From Anolis carolinensis (Eukaryota), in contig NC_085842.1 of the NCBI RefSeq assembly GCF_035594765.1, positions 140,071,036 to 140,135,035 of the forward strand: a stretch of 64,000 nucleotides of DNA, read 5' to 3'. Position 1 is the first letter of the stretch. Every line of letters begins with the position of its first letter. This document shows, one piece after another, positions 1 to 13,300 of this stretch. The notes beneath the pieces were generated by a model. That model saw nothing but the letters and a program-made list of their open reading frames with translations. It was not told the DNA's origin and did no database searches. A program made the translations under genes and the position numbers.

Positions 1-2459
1 CCTTTCATTATTAGACTTCATTTCTATCACATCTGATCTACTGCAGGTTTACATTTTTTGAAAAGTTTCGCCCAACACTGCCTGTTTGGTTTCTTTATCC
101 CCACCTACATCACAATATTTCCCTTTTTTAATCATTTCTTTTTGAACAGCAGTAAAACACACGGGCCACAAAATATATCAATGTATTTAGACTCTAACAA
201 TATATGCTATGGGGAATACTTCCTATTAGAAGGCTGACATGTGGGTTTTTGAACAGGTGTTGTTTTCCTTTTTGTTGTATGCCTTCAAGTTATTTCCAAT
301 CTATGGCAACCCTAAGGCAAATCTATCATAGATTTTCTTGGCAAAATGTGCATAGGTTGCTATTGTCTTCCTCTGAGACTGAGAAGGTAGGAGTCACCCC
401 AGGTCACAAATTAGTTACCCAATAATTCTCAAATGTTACAAATTTCCCTGCAAACCATCATTTTAGCAGAAGGTTATGCAGGATATAGGTTGTGGTTCCC
501 AAAAGCCTCTAGAAATTGCACATTCTGGTCACATTGCTTTTCTCTCTTCCTGATCACATGATAAAAGATTCAATCCTTTAAGGGAAGCAATATAGACTGA
601 AGAATAAAGACCATACAAAGTTGGATAACTCATTTTATGTGATCAACAAATATAGAGCCACAACCTTTCACAGCTACTGGAAGAGGGCATGTGCTCAGAA
701 GTCCTTATAATGTCCAGCGAGCAATGGTCAAGCTGTTCTGCCAGATATTTTAGCAGTTGGTGGATAGCCTGACCTAGGAATACATAAGCTGTTTCCCCCA
801 ATTAGCACATTGTGCTTGTGCCTTTGTCTGCTCATTGTTGTAAGGCCAACAAGGATCACAGACTCTGCATTCTCTGGCTATGTTTGTGTTGTGAATTACC
901 GAAAGGCATCCCTGTTGGAATAGACTCTACACACATGGATAGGGCCCTATCCAGATATAAAGCCATTGGGATTGTTTGAGGATTTTTCTAATGCCTCGCT
1001 CTCTATTAAAGACAGACTTATTCACATAACAAGGACGTTTGGCACTCCAGTGTTTCACCGCCAACATAATGAAAAGCATCCAGATGATTTCCTCTATGAT
1101 GTGGGCAAAGCCTGTGAGAATGCTTCCTATCCAAAGCTGGAAAGAGAGGTCCTACTGTAATTGTTTTCATCTCTGAGCCTTGCAAACATTATCGATACAA
1201 ATGTTGAGAACAAAACCTTTCTATTATGTTCTGGAATTTGTTGTTTCTCATTCAGTGTGCTGCCTTTAGTGTTTTAGATGAATTCTGAATCCAAAGAACT
1301 AATGTGTCGTGGTTTAATGTTATTGATCAATATTTTAATCCCCAGTAATCTAGACTGCCATACTGATCTCAAATGGGGTTTCCTTACCTCAGTGCTGATG
1401 TCCTGAAAAAAATGGCAACAGTAAAAAATTTCTGAATATCACCGATGACCTTGTCACATGACCACCGGAAGTGCTCTGCTTTGTTGAGGAGCATGGGGAA
1501 CCCAGCTCCAGCTGAGGGTGATCAGATGGGGTGCAGCGTGGAGCGCGTGGCTTCCATGACTGGCATGTGCCGGCTCAGCCCTCCTTCATCCACAAAGCCA
1601 CACCAGCATCATTTGATGAGAACTGGCGGGTTCCGTGGGTGACCTGGGCTAAACCAGCACATGACGCTAATTTTAGCCCCGTGTGAAGAGGTCCCTAGTG
1701 GTGGTTTTAGACATGATGTTGCCTACTTCTGCTCTAATATTGATATCATATTGAGAATCTTTAGATTATTTTGTACTCTTTTGTTTTGGGGAATCATGTA
1801 CATAAGTCTATCATATTAACAATGCACCACTCCTTCCATTAGAACTTCAGGGATCATGTACTAACTGATGCATATTTATGTGTTTCTAATTGTTTTAAAT
1901 TAATGTTTAAACACAATACTTTAATTGAATTGATTTTAATGTCTTTCAGACATTTGCACCAACTACTATTTTAGCTGAGGCCAATGTGATGTAAAAGTTT
2001 AACTTGAACACTGGAAGACCTGGAGTTGAATTCCCACTGGGTGACTTTGGGCAAGCTACACTCTCACATCCTCAGAAGAAAGCAAAAGCAAACCCCCCAC
2101 TTAACAAATTACATCAAGAAAATTCTATGATATGTCAGAAATTATTTCAAGGCAACAATAATAATTGCTTTATCATTTGTGTTTAAAATTTTATTGCTAG
2201 CTGATTTGGATCTCTAGCCTCTGGTAGTCCAATAATCAGGCAACTCAGAATTGAAGGCAGAACATTATTACTGGTTGAGTAGGTAGCAGAATGCACCATG
2301 TACAGATGTTGTTGCCATTCCCATTAGGACCTCATCAGACGGGGTACTTTTCGGCAGCATGTGACAGTTCCTCTTTACTTGCAATGGAGCCCTCTGGCTC
2401 CCATCCCACGACATACAGCTACTTCCGGCAGGGCTTTGTCGCAAAAGCCTCACTTGAAC

Positions 2460-4900
2460 AGTTAACAGCCTATAATCCATATCAGGGAACCACATGATGT
2501 TTCTCTTTTTCTCATTGTGTTGGGGCAACTTTGAATAATTGCATGTTCTACACTGTGATTTCCACAACCTTCAAGATAAGACATACTGGATTGGCCTGAC
2601 GGATACATGAGAACAAAAGATTCCATATGCTTGTTTTACAAAGTCAGAAGCAACAGCATCTATAGTATCATCATGTTCTTTTAGTCTGTCAAGAATATTG
2701 TGGTTTCAAAAAAGACAAGAATCTATTTTTGAAGCGCTTGGGTAAATTCAGTTCTGCTCACCTGGCCTCAGATGAAAGGTATACGCAGTCTGATTTGTAT
2801 CACATTCATCCCTCCAAATATAGTTGGGCTATAGCTCCCTTCCAACCTGCATAGTCAATTATGAGGAATGCTGGGAGGTGCTAGGAGTCTATTGTGGTCT
2901 GGAAGACATGATTCATCTTGATATCAGTGGAAATGAAATGAAATTTGAAGGAAGTAGAATTGAATCAGCAGTAGGGAAATAAGATAAATGCCAAAGAAGA
3001 GAGACTGCAACTTTAAGAGTTTTGTTCCATCAAAAACATTTGTCATCATGGTCCTACACTGATGTGGATTGGTGGGTCCAGTTCAGGGAAATGGAATCAG
3101 CCAAGCCTCATGGTTGGCGCCATTCATGCCCTGTGTCTGTGAGAAGCTATCTCACAAATCTGAGATACAGTGATAGCATTTGTGTGTCATCTGGCAAAAG
3201 TTCATATTGTTTGCGGTATAGTTTTGAAATTCCAATAAAACAACAACCCAGATCTTTAACTGAGCTAGGGCATTAATGCATTTCCAGAAACATTCCCTAT
3301 GGGATTTGCAGCTTGCTGGAGCTGTGCTCAGCCATGTTTTCAGCATTAGTGGAAATGCCTCCAGGGATCAGCCATTCCCAACAGCACATGTGAAGAGGAA
3401 TGCCTATCCTTGGAGTGTGCCTCTCTCCCTGTAACCAGAGAACACCCAGGAATCTTGGCGCTTGGTAAGCAAATAATGCTGGAGCCATACTCTCCTAAAC
3501 TCACTGTCTCATCTCTGTACACTTCTATTAGGATTCTTCTTGCAGGCTCAGCACCATGAAAGTGGTAAGGTTTGATTCATCTCTCTCCAGTGTTTCAAAA
3601 AGAGCTAGTTCTGTAGGGTCATGCTAGACAGCTAAAAGGAAATACTCTTTGCCCCTGGATACTGTGTTTAGCAAGAATGTCTTCATGGAGGTCTTTGGCA
3701 CTGTGGGGGTTGCAAGGAGAATGGGACCTAAGCCATTAAATGGACTAAATGACTGTGAAGTTCTGAATAGCACAGTTCCATCATGAGGTTTTGAAGGATC
3801 ACAATAAAGAGAATCTTGAAAGTAACAACTGTCCATTTGCTCATATCAAGGGATTGGAGATATGGATCTAAGCAGGGCAGATGATATCTGTATCATGAAA
3901 GTAGCTTGAGGATACTCAACCAATCAATGGCATAAATTTGCCAATGACAAGTGTGATCACAGCATGGAGGGGAAAGTAGTGAGCATTATCAGGACTCTAG
4001 ACAGCCTATTGGAGCCAAAGATAAACTTGGAGGAACAGGATTATGACAGCAGCATCTCAAGTTATTGACCATAGATAAAGGGTTAACAAATGTCTTCTTT
4101 CTATCTTCACCCAGCATCAGGTATTTGGACACAGGGTCTCAAAAGGACAGGATGAAGCACAGACATGCTCACCCCACATACATCAAACAGCTGAAGGGTT
4201 CCTGTTACACAGCTGGTGAGTAATCTGACAAGGCTGAAAAGTTCACAGTGGGAGAGGAGAAAGGGACTTATGGCACAAGCATAGTAAAGGACAGGAGCAG
4301 CAGCAGCAACAAAAAAACAGTGTGATAGTCTTAACAGCCATCTTAGGACATGCCTTGTCTTCCCTATCTTTTCTTTCACAATGCTATGATCTACAATTCA
4401 TGATCTTCCTTTTTATTTTGGAGAACAAGATATTCAAATAAGGATGAGATCTTTCCATGATGGTAGGTCTCGGACAGCCTGTATCCAAGCAGCCACTCTA
4501 AGAGATCCACTCTGATTCTGCAATGCTGACCCTTTATGTCACCAACAATGTTATGGCTGTCATCAGAACCTCCAGTGCAATTTAGACATATTTTCAAAAA
4601 AACCTGTGCTTTATAACTCATGCAGAGAGATTGATGGACATTAGGAGAATCGTTTCACCATCAGAGTTCCTAGTCTGTGGAGTTTATCACACGAAGGAGG
4701 TAAAACAGCTCTATCATAAGAGTCCACACACATCCTACAGCTAGTCTGCCTCCTTCCTGTGATTAACTTATCAATAACTGCTAATCCTGCAAAGTTTTCA
4801 TCGTCCCTTCTACTTCTGTGCCAGCACTGAAATTTTGTCAGGGTATGGTTTATCCTCTTCTCCCACTCTCCCATTCACTATTCCTGAGCTGGTAATTTTA
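2460..4900 (-). mobile_element. Highly decayed DIRS-like tyrosine-recombinase retrotransposon remnant
   Basis: Collinear frameshifted peptides: gag-like WLLGYRLSE..FEYLV (~4.45 kb), RNaseH-like WEWLIPGGIS..ENMA (~3.35 kb), MT-like LADSISLNW (~3.1 kb) and IMWFPDM (~2.49 kb). Confidence 0.45.
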
Positions 4901-5129
4901 AATTTACTTTAGCATTTGGCTTTTCAATATTAACCATAGCTGGAATTTGAAAATTGCTTTTGAAATTAATTACAAGGGTATACAAATGCAGAATCACAAA
5001 TCAATGCAATTGTGTGCATGGAAGAACGTGCAATAACAAGCTGCTATCAATGATTGCATGACTGCTGGGGAATTGTGGCTTCATGTGATAGAGTCTTCCC
5101 TCTCTGATCCAATGCCATGAAATCACTGG

Positions 5130-5326
5130 TTCAAGTACTTTATATTGTTTTAAATTTTGTATATTGTAATTTCGTTTAACTGCTTTTAACTGTTTTATTG
5201 TTTTATTTTATTGTACTGTGGTGTATTGGCATCGAATTCTGCCAGATCTGTAAACTGCCCTGAGTCCCCTTGGGTGAGAAGGGCGGGATAGAAATGATGG
5301 AAATAAAATAAGTAAATAAATAAATA
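5130..5326 (+). mobile_element. LINE (L2-type) 3' tail
   Basis: tgtaaactgccctgagtcccc...gaagggcggga..(TAAA)n; similar tails at 13465-13590 (-), 14770-14910 (+), 32930-33050 (-). Confidence 0.6.
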
Positions 5327-7578
5327 CAGATCTCTGTGCCCTAGATCTCTCTTGCATCCACCTGTTCAGTAGACCCCTTTAAGCTGTTACAATTTGTTAA
5401 TATTTTTCCTGCAAAACAGGTTGTGTCCATTCCTGAACTAAATGCAATACACCTGCTCGTTGTTGGCCTGAATTCAAAGGATTTTAACCATCTCAATGGC
5501 AGGTGTACCAAGTTGTCTTTCCTTCCCTTTCTTCTGCTTTTGTTGTGCATGATGTGTGTTCTATTTTGTCCCTACATCCTCATCTTTCTTTTGAAATATG
5601 GCATCTTTGTTCCAAGGAAGATTGATTTTGCATTGTTTCTCTAATTTGAAGGTGACACTGATCATGATGAAGAAAGTTATCTGGAAAGCTATGCATTTTC
5701 TTAGCATCATGTTTAAATTGAATGCCTTCTCATTGATGAATGTCATTAGGATGCCAGCTAGATAGGCATAGTTCAGATACACAGTTTAAATGTAACACTT
5801 CTCATGAGTAAGTTTGCAAGAGGAACATTCTAATATACCTGTGGTATCCCTATGGCCTGTTTTGCAAGTGATAACACGCACATATAAAAGATATCCTGGA
5901 AAGATTGTGTGTTGTGGAATGGTGTCTGTGCATTCATGCTTAGAATCCTTAAGGCATTTCCAGGAACCAGATAAACGAAGGATGCATAAAGCTGGGCATT
6001 GATGACAGGTATAAAATAGACAATGGAATAAGATGAAAATATAGTGCTTAACATAGATGTGAAAGAATCTTCACTTTTACTGATGCAAAATTTAATGTTC
6101 AAATCTCTCAGTGTTCATGTAAAAACTACTAACAGTGAAAAAAGCAGTGCGTAGTACTAAAGACTCCCAAGTGTGGGACTGGAACTGCAACCCATTCCTA
6201 TCAGTGAGTGCCAGTGGCAGATTACAGAAATAGTGGCCAAAAAATCTGAATGATTCAATCTAGAAACAGGTAAAGATTTATGGTAGGATAATAAAGGCAA
6301 CAAAAAAGCATTTCTAATAATATTGCATTGGCACATAATTGATTTTCAGGACTGTTTGGGGTGGCTAGGGATCTAGTACAATCTGGTCCAAAGAAATGAA
6401 CCCTTCTCAACAGTACACGGCAAATAACTTGCCCATAATTTTACATATGAAGTCACTTGGATTTGCTATGACTTAGGACCTCATCAGACAGAGTTCCATA
6501 AGCTGGGGGACAACTGGGGGATCTGTGGGGAAGTGAGGTGTATCTGTGGGGCAACAGACAAAACTGTTGAGTAGTGCCCCGCATTGCTCTTTTACTATCC
6601 CACAGTGTTTCCTGCCTGCCTGTAGTTACCCATGTTCTCAGAGCAACCTTATACCACGCTGCCAAGACACCGCTAGGACAGAGCCCCACAAGAAGTAGCC
6701 CTGCGTCATGTGATGTGCTCTGGAAGGCTCTGTCCTGCCTGCATTTCAGCAGCATCCTAGGACAGGCAAAAAGCCCCATGTGATGAGATCATTAGACACC
6801 ACAGTTAATACAGTTTGGGGAGAGGGGGCAGTATATAAAAGATGATGATGATGATGATGATGGTGATACATAACAGTCGCAAGAAATGTTGATGGATACT
6901 TTTCAATTTGTGCAGCCAGAGGATGTGGACAGGAACCTTAAATAGGCCAGAGGGGGACTGGTGAAGTGGGTAAAGGAAGTGATTAATGCCTTGTTGCATC
7001 AAACCAGGTTCCCCACATGCCTCAAGGAGGCTGTGGTAAGACCTCTTTTAGAGGAATCTTCCCTGGATCCTACCATACTTGACTACTATAAACTAGTCTT
7101 CAGTTCACTATTTCTGAGCAAGGTACTGAATCATGTGGTAACTTCTCAACTCCAATGGTTCCTGAAAGATAAAATTATCTAGATCCATTTCAGTCTGGTT
7201 CCGGGCTAGATTATGGGACAGATATCTGTACAAGGAGCTGGATAAGTGATGTCTGTCTCTGATGGTTTTGCTGGACCTTTCAGTGGCATTCAATACTATT
7301 GGCATTAGTATCTTTCTGAGTCACCTCTTTAGAACAGCACTTGAAGGTACTTTTCTTCAGTGGCTCCATTCTTTCTTGGAGGGATGATCCCAGAAAATAG
7401 TGCTGGAGGATTACTGTTTAACTTCTTGGCTATTGTCTATGGAGTTCCTTGGGGTTCAATCTTGTCCCCATGCTATTTAAAATCTACATGAAACCACTAG
7501 GAGAGGTTATACAGAGTTTAGAAGACAGGTGTCACCAGTATGATTATGACACTCAGCTCTACCACCCCTTTTCATCTA

Positions 7579-7901
7579 CAGTAGAGTCTCACTCATCCAA
7601 GCCTCGCTTATCCAAACCTCTGGATAATCCAAGCCATTTTTGTAGTCAATGTTTTCAATATATCGTGATATTTTGATGCTAAATTCATAAATACAGTAAT
7701 TACAACATAACATTACTGCGCATTGAACTGCTTTTTCTGTCAAATTTGTTGTATGGCATGATGTTTTGGTGCTTAATTTGTAAAATCATAACCTAATTTG
7801 ATGTTTAATAGGCTTTTCCTTAATCCCTCCTTATTATCCAAGATATACACTTATCCAAGCTTCTGCCGGCCCGTTTAGCTTGGATAAGTGAGACTCTACT
7901 G
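7579..7901. mobile_element. Tc1/mariner-superfamily MITE
   Basis: TIR cagtagagtctcact.atccaag, TA target duplication. Confidence 0.85.
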
Positions 7902-8061
7902 TAATTTCAAATAAGCAGTTCCTGTGCTAAACCGGTGCCTGGTAGCTGTAAGGAAATGTATGAGTGCAAAAAAATTTGGAACTTAATCTAGACAAGACAG
8001 AGGTGCTCCTGTTCATTCAAAAGAAATTATGGGTATAAGAATTCAGCCTGTGTTAGGTGGC

Positions 8062-8064
<3 letters not shown>

Positions 8065-8110
<46 letters not shown>
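8065..8110. repeat. (CA)n microsatellite
   Basis: direct reading. Confidence 0.95.
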
Positions 8111-8111
<1 letters not shown>

Positions 8112-9361
8112 GCCCCAGAAAATGCATGTCTGCAGTTTAGGGATACTCCTGGATTTAGCTCTGAACCTGGAGGCCAGATTTCAGCATTGACCAAGACTGC
8201 ATTTGCACCGTTAAATTAGTGTGCTATTGCACCCATTCCTGGAGGAGTCAGCCATGTCTTTAATACATCCTATTTGGTAATGTGTTCTATGTGGGACTTC
8301 CTTTGAAAAAGTGCTCAGAAACTTCAGTTGGTTCAAAGAGTTACAGGCAGGTTATTAACTGGAGTTGACTACAAGGAGTATACCATCCCCAGTTGCAACA
8401 GCTCCATTGCCTGCCAACTCATTTCCAGGCACATTGTTAGTGTTTGTTATGAACCATAAAGCCCTGTACAGCTTGTTGTCCAGGCTATTTGAAGGACAAT
8501 ATATCCTGTTATGAGTCCATTAGAACTCTGTTATCATCTAAAGAGGACCTTCTCTTTCAACCTCATCACAATGACAAAAGTCCCTGTCATAAAACAGTTC
8601 ACCAAGACAGTCAGCACAGAGCCCACCAGATCCCATCACATGATGCACATCTACTTCTGGCGAGGCTGCATGCTGGCTGCATTGGCAAACTGTTCTACAA
8701 CAGGTAAAACACAGAAGACTACCTGTAATTAGATTGAAAATGCTGGGGACGGCATGAGAGCAAGCTGGAAAGGTATGCGTGTGATGGACAAGTGAGTAAT
8801 GCAAGTGATGCGAGGTGCTGGGCGATGGATTCACCCCACTGCCCCACGATTTGCTCCGCTGCCCCCATGGATTCTCCTGCTGCCTCCCCCGCATCAAGGA
8901 CCTCAAGCTTGTTTGGCAGGAACAAGGGAAAATACCTTTTTGAAAGCTGTTCCCAGACTCTGGAATTCACTCCCAAAAAAGACCATGCTGGCTCTTTGCA
9001 TGCAAGTAAAAATGTACCTCTGCCATTGCACATGTGCAGGATGATGAGAGGCATGGTGCTGTGTATGGTGTGAGTGGGATTTTGGGGGCTGTGAAGTTTT
9101 AAAGTGTCATTTTAAATTATTTTAATATTTCTATGTTTCACAAAGGATTTATTTGCTTTTTAATTTTTATAATCCCATTTTAAGGCATTTACATTTTAAA
9201 ATTTTCAATTGTGCATTATTTTGTTTAAGTTACATTGGGTCCCTATATTGGGAGAAAGGTGAGATAAAAACTAAGTAAATAAATAAAATAAATAATAAAT
9301 GAGATTTTAGCTGGTCATTATTATTAATAAAATCATTTTCAGTGGATCTGTTTTATTAATA

Positions 9362-9690
9362 CAGTAGAGTCTCACTTATCCAACATAAACGGGCCGGCAG
9401 AACGTTGGATAAGTGAATATGTTGGATAATAAGGAGGATTAAGGAAAAGCCTATTAAACATCAAATTAGGTTATTATTTTACAAGTTAGGCACCAAAACA
9501 TCATGTTATACAACAAATTTGACAGAAAAAGTAGTTCAGTATGCAGCAATGCTATGCAGTAATTACTGTATTTACGAATTTAGCACCAAAATATCATTGA
9601 AAACTATGTATTGAAAACATTGGCTACAAAAATGCGTTGGATAATCCAGAACGTTGGATAAGTGAGTGTTGGATAAGTGAAACTCTACTG
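9362..9690. mobile_element. Tc1/mariner-superfamily MITE, same family as 7579-7901, opposite orientation
   Basis: TIR cagtagagtctcacttatccaac, TA TSD. Confidence 0.85.
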
Positions 9691-9695
9691 TACAT

Positions 9696-10069
9696 AAGAC
9701 TTGATTTTATAAGCAATTACCCAAGACATATAGAGAAAAATATAACAGATTGGTCTTTAAAGATACATTTTATGAAACAAGAAAAAATGAATTGGTTAGA
9801 AGAAATTACCTATTGAAGTAAAACACTTCCCCTAGAAGATGAAATATGAAGAGATAAAGCAAAATTAGAGACCACGACAAAGAGGAATACCCATGCAGAA
9901 GTTTGGAAGTATTGGTTTCTATATTTTTTTTCTTTTTTATATATTTTTTCTTTTTTCTTTTCTCTTTCCTCTTTTTCTTTTTCTGCTCTTCCTTCTTATG
10001 CATTCTTTCTCATTTTTATTATTCTATTTTATTTAAAAAATACTATCTTAAAAAAGACTTGATTTTATA
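9696..10069 (+). mobile_element. 5'-truncated L1-like 3' fragment with target-site duplication
   Basis: Direct repeat aagacttgattttata at 9696-9711 and 10054-10069, T-rich 3' UTR-like segment, A-rich end. Confidence 0.45.
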
Positions 10070-10079
10070 CATTACCCTA

Positions 10080-10305
10080 GGAGCCCCCAGTGGCCCAATG
10101 GGTTAAACCCTTGTGCCGGCAAGACTACTGACTGAAATCCCGGGAGTGGGGTGAGCTCCCATATGTCAGCTCCAGCTTCCCATTCAGGGACATGAGAGAA
10201 GCCTCTCATAGGATGGTAAAACATCTGGATGTCCCATGGGCAATGTCCTTGCAGATGGCCAATTCTCTCACACCAGAAGTGATTTGCAGTTTCTCCTGAC
10301 ACAAC
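10080..10305 (+). mobile_element. AnolisSINE2-like tRNA SINE
   Basis: ggagcccccagtgg..gggttaaacccttgtgccggca...ggccaattctctcacaccagaag..ctcctgacac. Confidence 0.8.
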
Positions 10306-13300
10306 TGATGCTCCAATGAACATGATAAGAATTTGTCTTTTCTATATTGTACATAATTTCATAAAACTTCAAAACAGTTTTGGTTCCATCTAAATATTAT
10401 TGCCATTGTTATTGTTACAGAGTTTTTGATAGATCTGCTTGAATGTTAAAATATCTCTATAAGCTCATATAAGTGTCAACAGACTTCAGAAATTATTGAT
10501 GTTATAATGTAATGCAGCCTTAAGCTGGGTTTCCTCTAGTTTAAGAAAATGTCTCTCTCCAAAAGAGGCTCCCACTTTGGAGGGAATAATAGTAAAGGCT
10601 GGGTTGGTTATTTTTGTATCCGGGGTGAGGGCCTTGGTTTGTTTTCTTTTGTACTTTTGTATTTCTGGTGGTTGTACAGCAAGCACAAGCTTTTCCTTCC
10701 CCATCTGGCTTCTGTCCAGTTTCCCAAAGTTGATATGATATCAAATGCAATTTTGCCCCATAGAGTCTTGTTTTGTGGCATTGTTTGATAGCAGCTTAAC
10801 AAACTCAGTGTTAATTTCTACTCTGTTTCTTCAACCCCAATTGAGCATAAATTGAAATGAAAGCAAGTAGAAATGGCTAAGCAATTGTGTTATTTGTATT
10901 ATAGGGACCAGTATACTTCCGTTTTCCATCTACAGTGAAAAGTTGAAAGGGAACAGAAAGTGCATTGTGCATCTAGGCTTACCCGGTTTTACCCATACCA
11001 ATGCAGTTGTCCTTTTTTTTAGCAGATTGATACTATCCATATTCAGCCAAAAGTTAGAACAGCAAAGTTATGGGTATGGCACCACTGAAGATTGTGGTGC
11101 ATTGTGTGTTGTACTTTGCACATTGTTGCCCTTTGTGCATTGATCATATGGTTGTACATGGCTATGTATTTCTTTTTGTGTTATCACAGGTCTGTAACAA
11201 GGTAGCATGATGCAAGGTGCAACTGAAATGTGTAAAACAGTAGGCTACATCTCTTCAATGCAAGATTTTAACCCTAGGTTTTGTTGGGAACATCCTCTGG
11301 GAGTATGCAGAACTTCCCAGTGATAGGACAATACTGAATAATTCATTATGTAAAGTTTAAAATCGGCAACAAAGAGAAAGGTGGCAATCTCATTTGTTTC
11401 TGGTGTGGATTGAGTTTCTGATTGGTCAGGCTGAGGGGCTGCTCATTTTTGAGGAGTGTCCATTCACTACTTCATAACTTAATTTTAATAGGAGCAGCTC
11501 TTGCATGGGAGACCAAAATTCATCACTCATTCTGTGCTGTTACAAAAGTAGAGCTGCTCCTTTAGGACTGCTTTGGGTGCATCACATTGACTCTCTCTAT
11601 TTTTAACCCTTCACCCAGTAATGTTCCATTATGGAGATGAAGGACCCATGTTTTTTTTGAGATCAGTTACCTTCACATCAGCAGTTACCAGCTGGCAAAC
11701 AGACTGAGTACAGAAATAGAATGTCAATCCTGGGTAACTCTTATCCTCCATGTATGGCAATGAAATTTATTTTCCATCCTGCCCTCCTTAATGTTGCACT
11801 TGACCTCGATAATCCAACTCAAGTTGTTCTACCCAAAGGCAGAGCAATCTGAGACTGCCAGCTTTGCAACCCAGAATGACTTTCATATGGAAAGATTCTT
11901 TACGATATGAAGGCAACTCTGCCCGCCCCCAAAACACAGATTCAAGAATCAGCGAGTAATCATTCAGATAGAATGTCAAATATCCAAAGAGATTGAATTT
12001 ATTTCAAGACATTTTGTCTCCAACTCCCTATTCCCAAATAGCTGTCTTACCATGGTTGAATCTTGATGGGATTTTGGCGCTCTAGGTATGTTCCTAGAAT
12101 TTTATGAATGCTATTACTATTTAGTTATTGAAACAATTTTCATTAATATTAGCAGTTGGGGGTACCTTCCCTTCTCTTTAGGTATTTATTATTTTAATAT
12201 ATCACCTTCATCCAAGAACTTCAAGAAACATACGTGGTTCTCCCTGTACCCTATGGTGACCACAGAATGGTCACAAAAATAGTTTAGTCTGGAAAATATC
12301 AACTCTTCTGAGATTTATCAATGTGCTGCATCATGACTAAGTGAGAATTTGAACTCGTATGTCTCCAGCCTTAGACTAATTATTAAATGGTACCACTATA
12401 CAGTAAGGACCTCATCAAGGTCCATCTTCTGCCATCCCACGTACTTTCCCCCTTCAGGTCCGCCTTTCTCCCACGTTCCCCTGCTTTGTACTATTAGAAG
12501 TTGAGTATCGCCTGTCTCCTCAAAAGGCACTCTAGGCTCCGTTTCCCTATGCTACTGAAACGGAGCCCCACAGAGTTCTGCTGGAAGTTGCCCTGCATCA
12601 TGTGATGGACTCTATGAGACTTCATTTCAGCAGCATAGGGAAAGGGGGAAAAGATGGAAAGAAGACTGCAAGATATGAGCATGGATCTGTGAATATAATA
12701 CTTTCAGGTGTCTCTACTAGGAGATGGCTCAGTTTGCCTTTTCAGATAAACATCTGATTGCACAACAACTTCAACCTGAATAGTGTTTTAGTGTTAGACT
12801 ATGACTCTGAAGACTAGAGTCATAGTCCATTGGGTGAAAATCCATTGGGTGACCTTGGGCAACTGAAACATCTTCAGCCCTAGAAAACATTGTGATAGAC
12901 TCACCTCAGGGGCACTATAAGTTGAAAACAACTTAAAAGCACACTACCACAACAACAGTTACCAACTTATCACTACAATTACATTGCTTGTGTTAAATAG
13001 ACTTTTCCAAATGTTCACTCATTGCTCTGGAAGTCAATGAGGGTGTCAGAGGCAATGAGATGACCTCTGTAGCCCACATTTTTGAAAGCTGGATTGAATC
13101 CAGCATGAGATGCCTCAGCGTAAGCTGAAATGACAAGATGTCAGCACAGACCAGACTATTCCTGTGGTGATCTTATTAACATGCTGATGTAATAGAGAGA
13201 AAACGTCACCACATCAGCCTAGTATTGACTAGTTTGATGATGGTCACACATAATAAGGAATTCCATGGGACACTTCCAAGGAATACCAGGTCCTAAACTC

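Larger units (their letters stand above)
6850..9300 (+). mobile_element. Decayed L2 LINE (RT region to 3' tail), interrupted by two DNA-transposon insertions and a (CA)n tract
   Basis: ORF fragments FPTCLKEAVVRPLL..SLDP, LFKIYMKPLGEVI..CHQY.YDTQLY, PRLWNSLP; (TAAA)n tail ~9275-9300. Confidence 0.8.

Noticed and set aside
6308-6330. Resemblance to the fast-MYH promoter AT2 element
   Set aside because: Short AT-rich similarity recalled from memory, with no adjacent TATA or exon support
6961-7182. 73-aa ORF
   Set aside because: Fragment of a decayed L2 reverse transcriptase with surrounding stops and frameshifts
9806-10106. K-rich and F-rich ORFs
   Set aside because: Translation of a low-complexity T-rich tract
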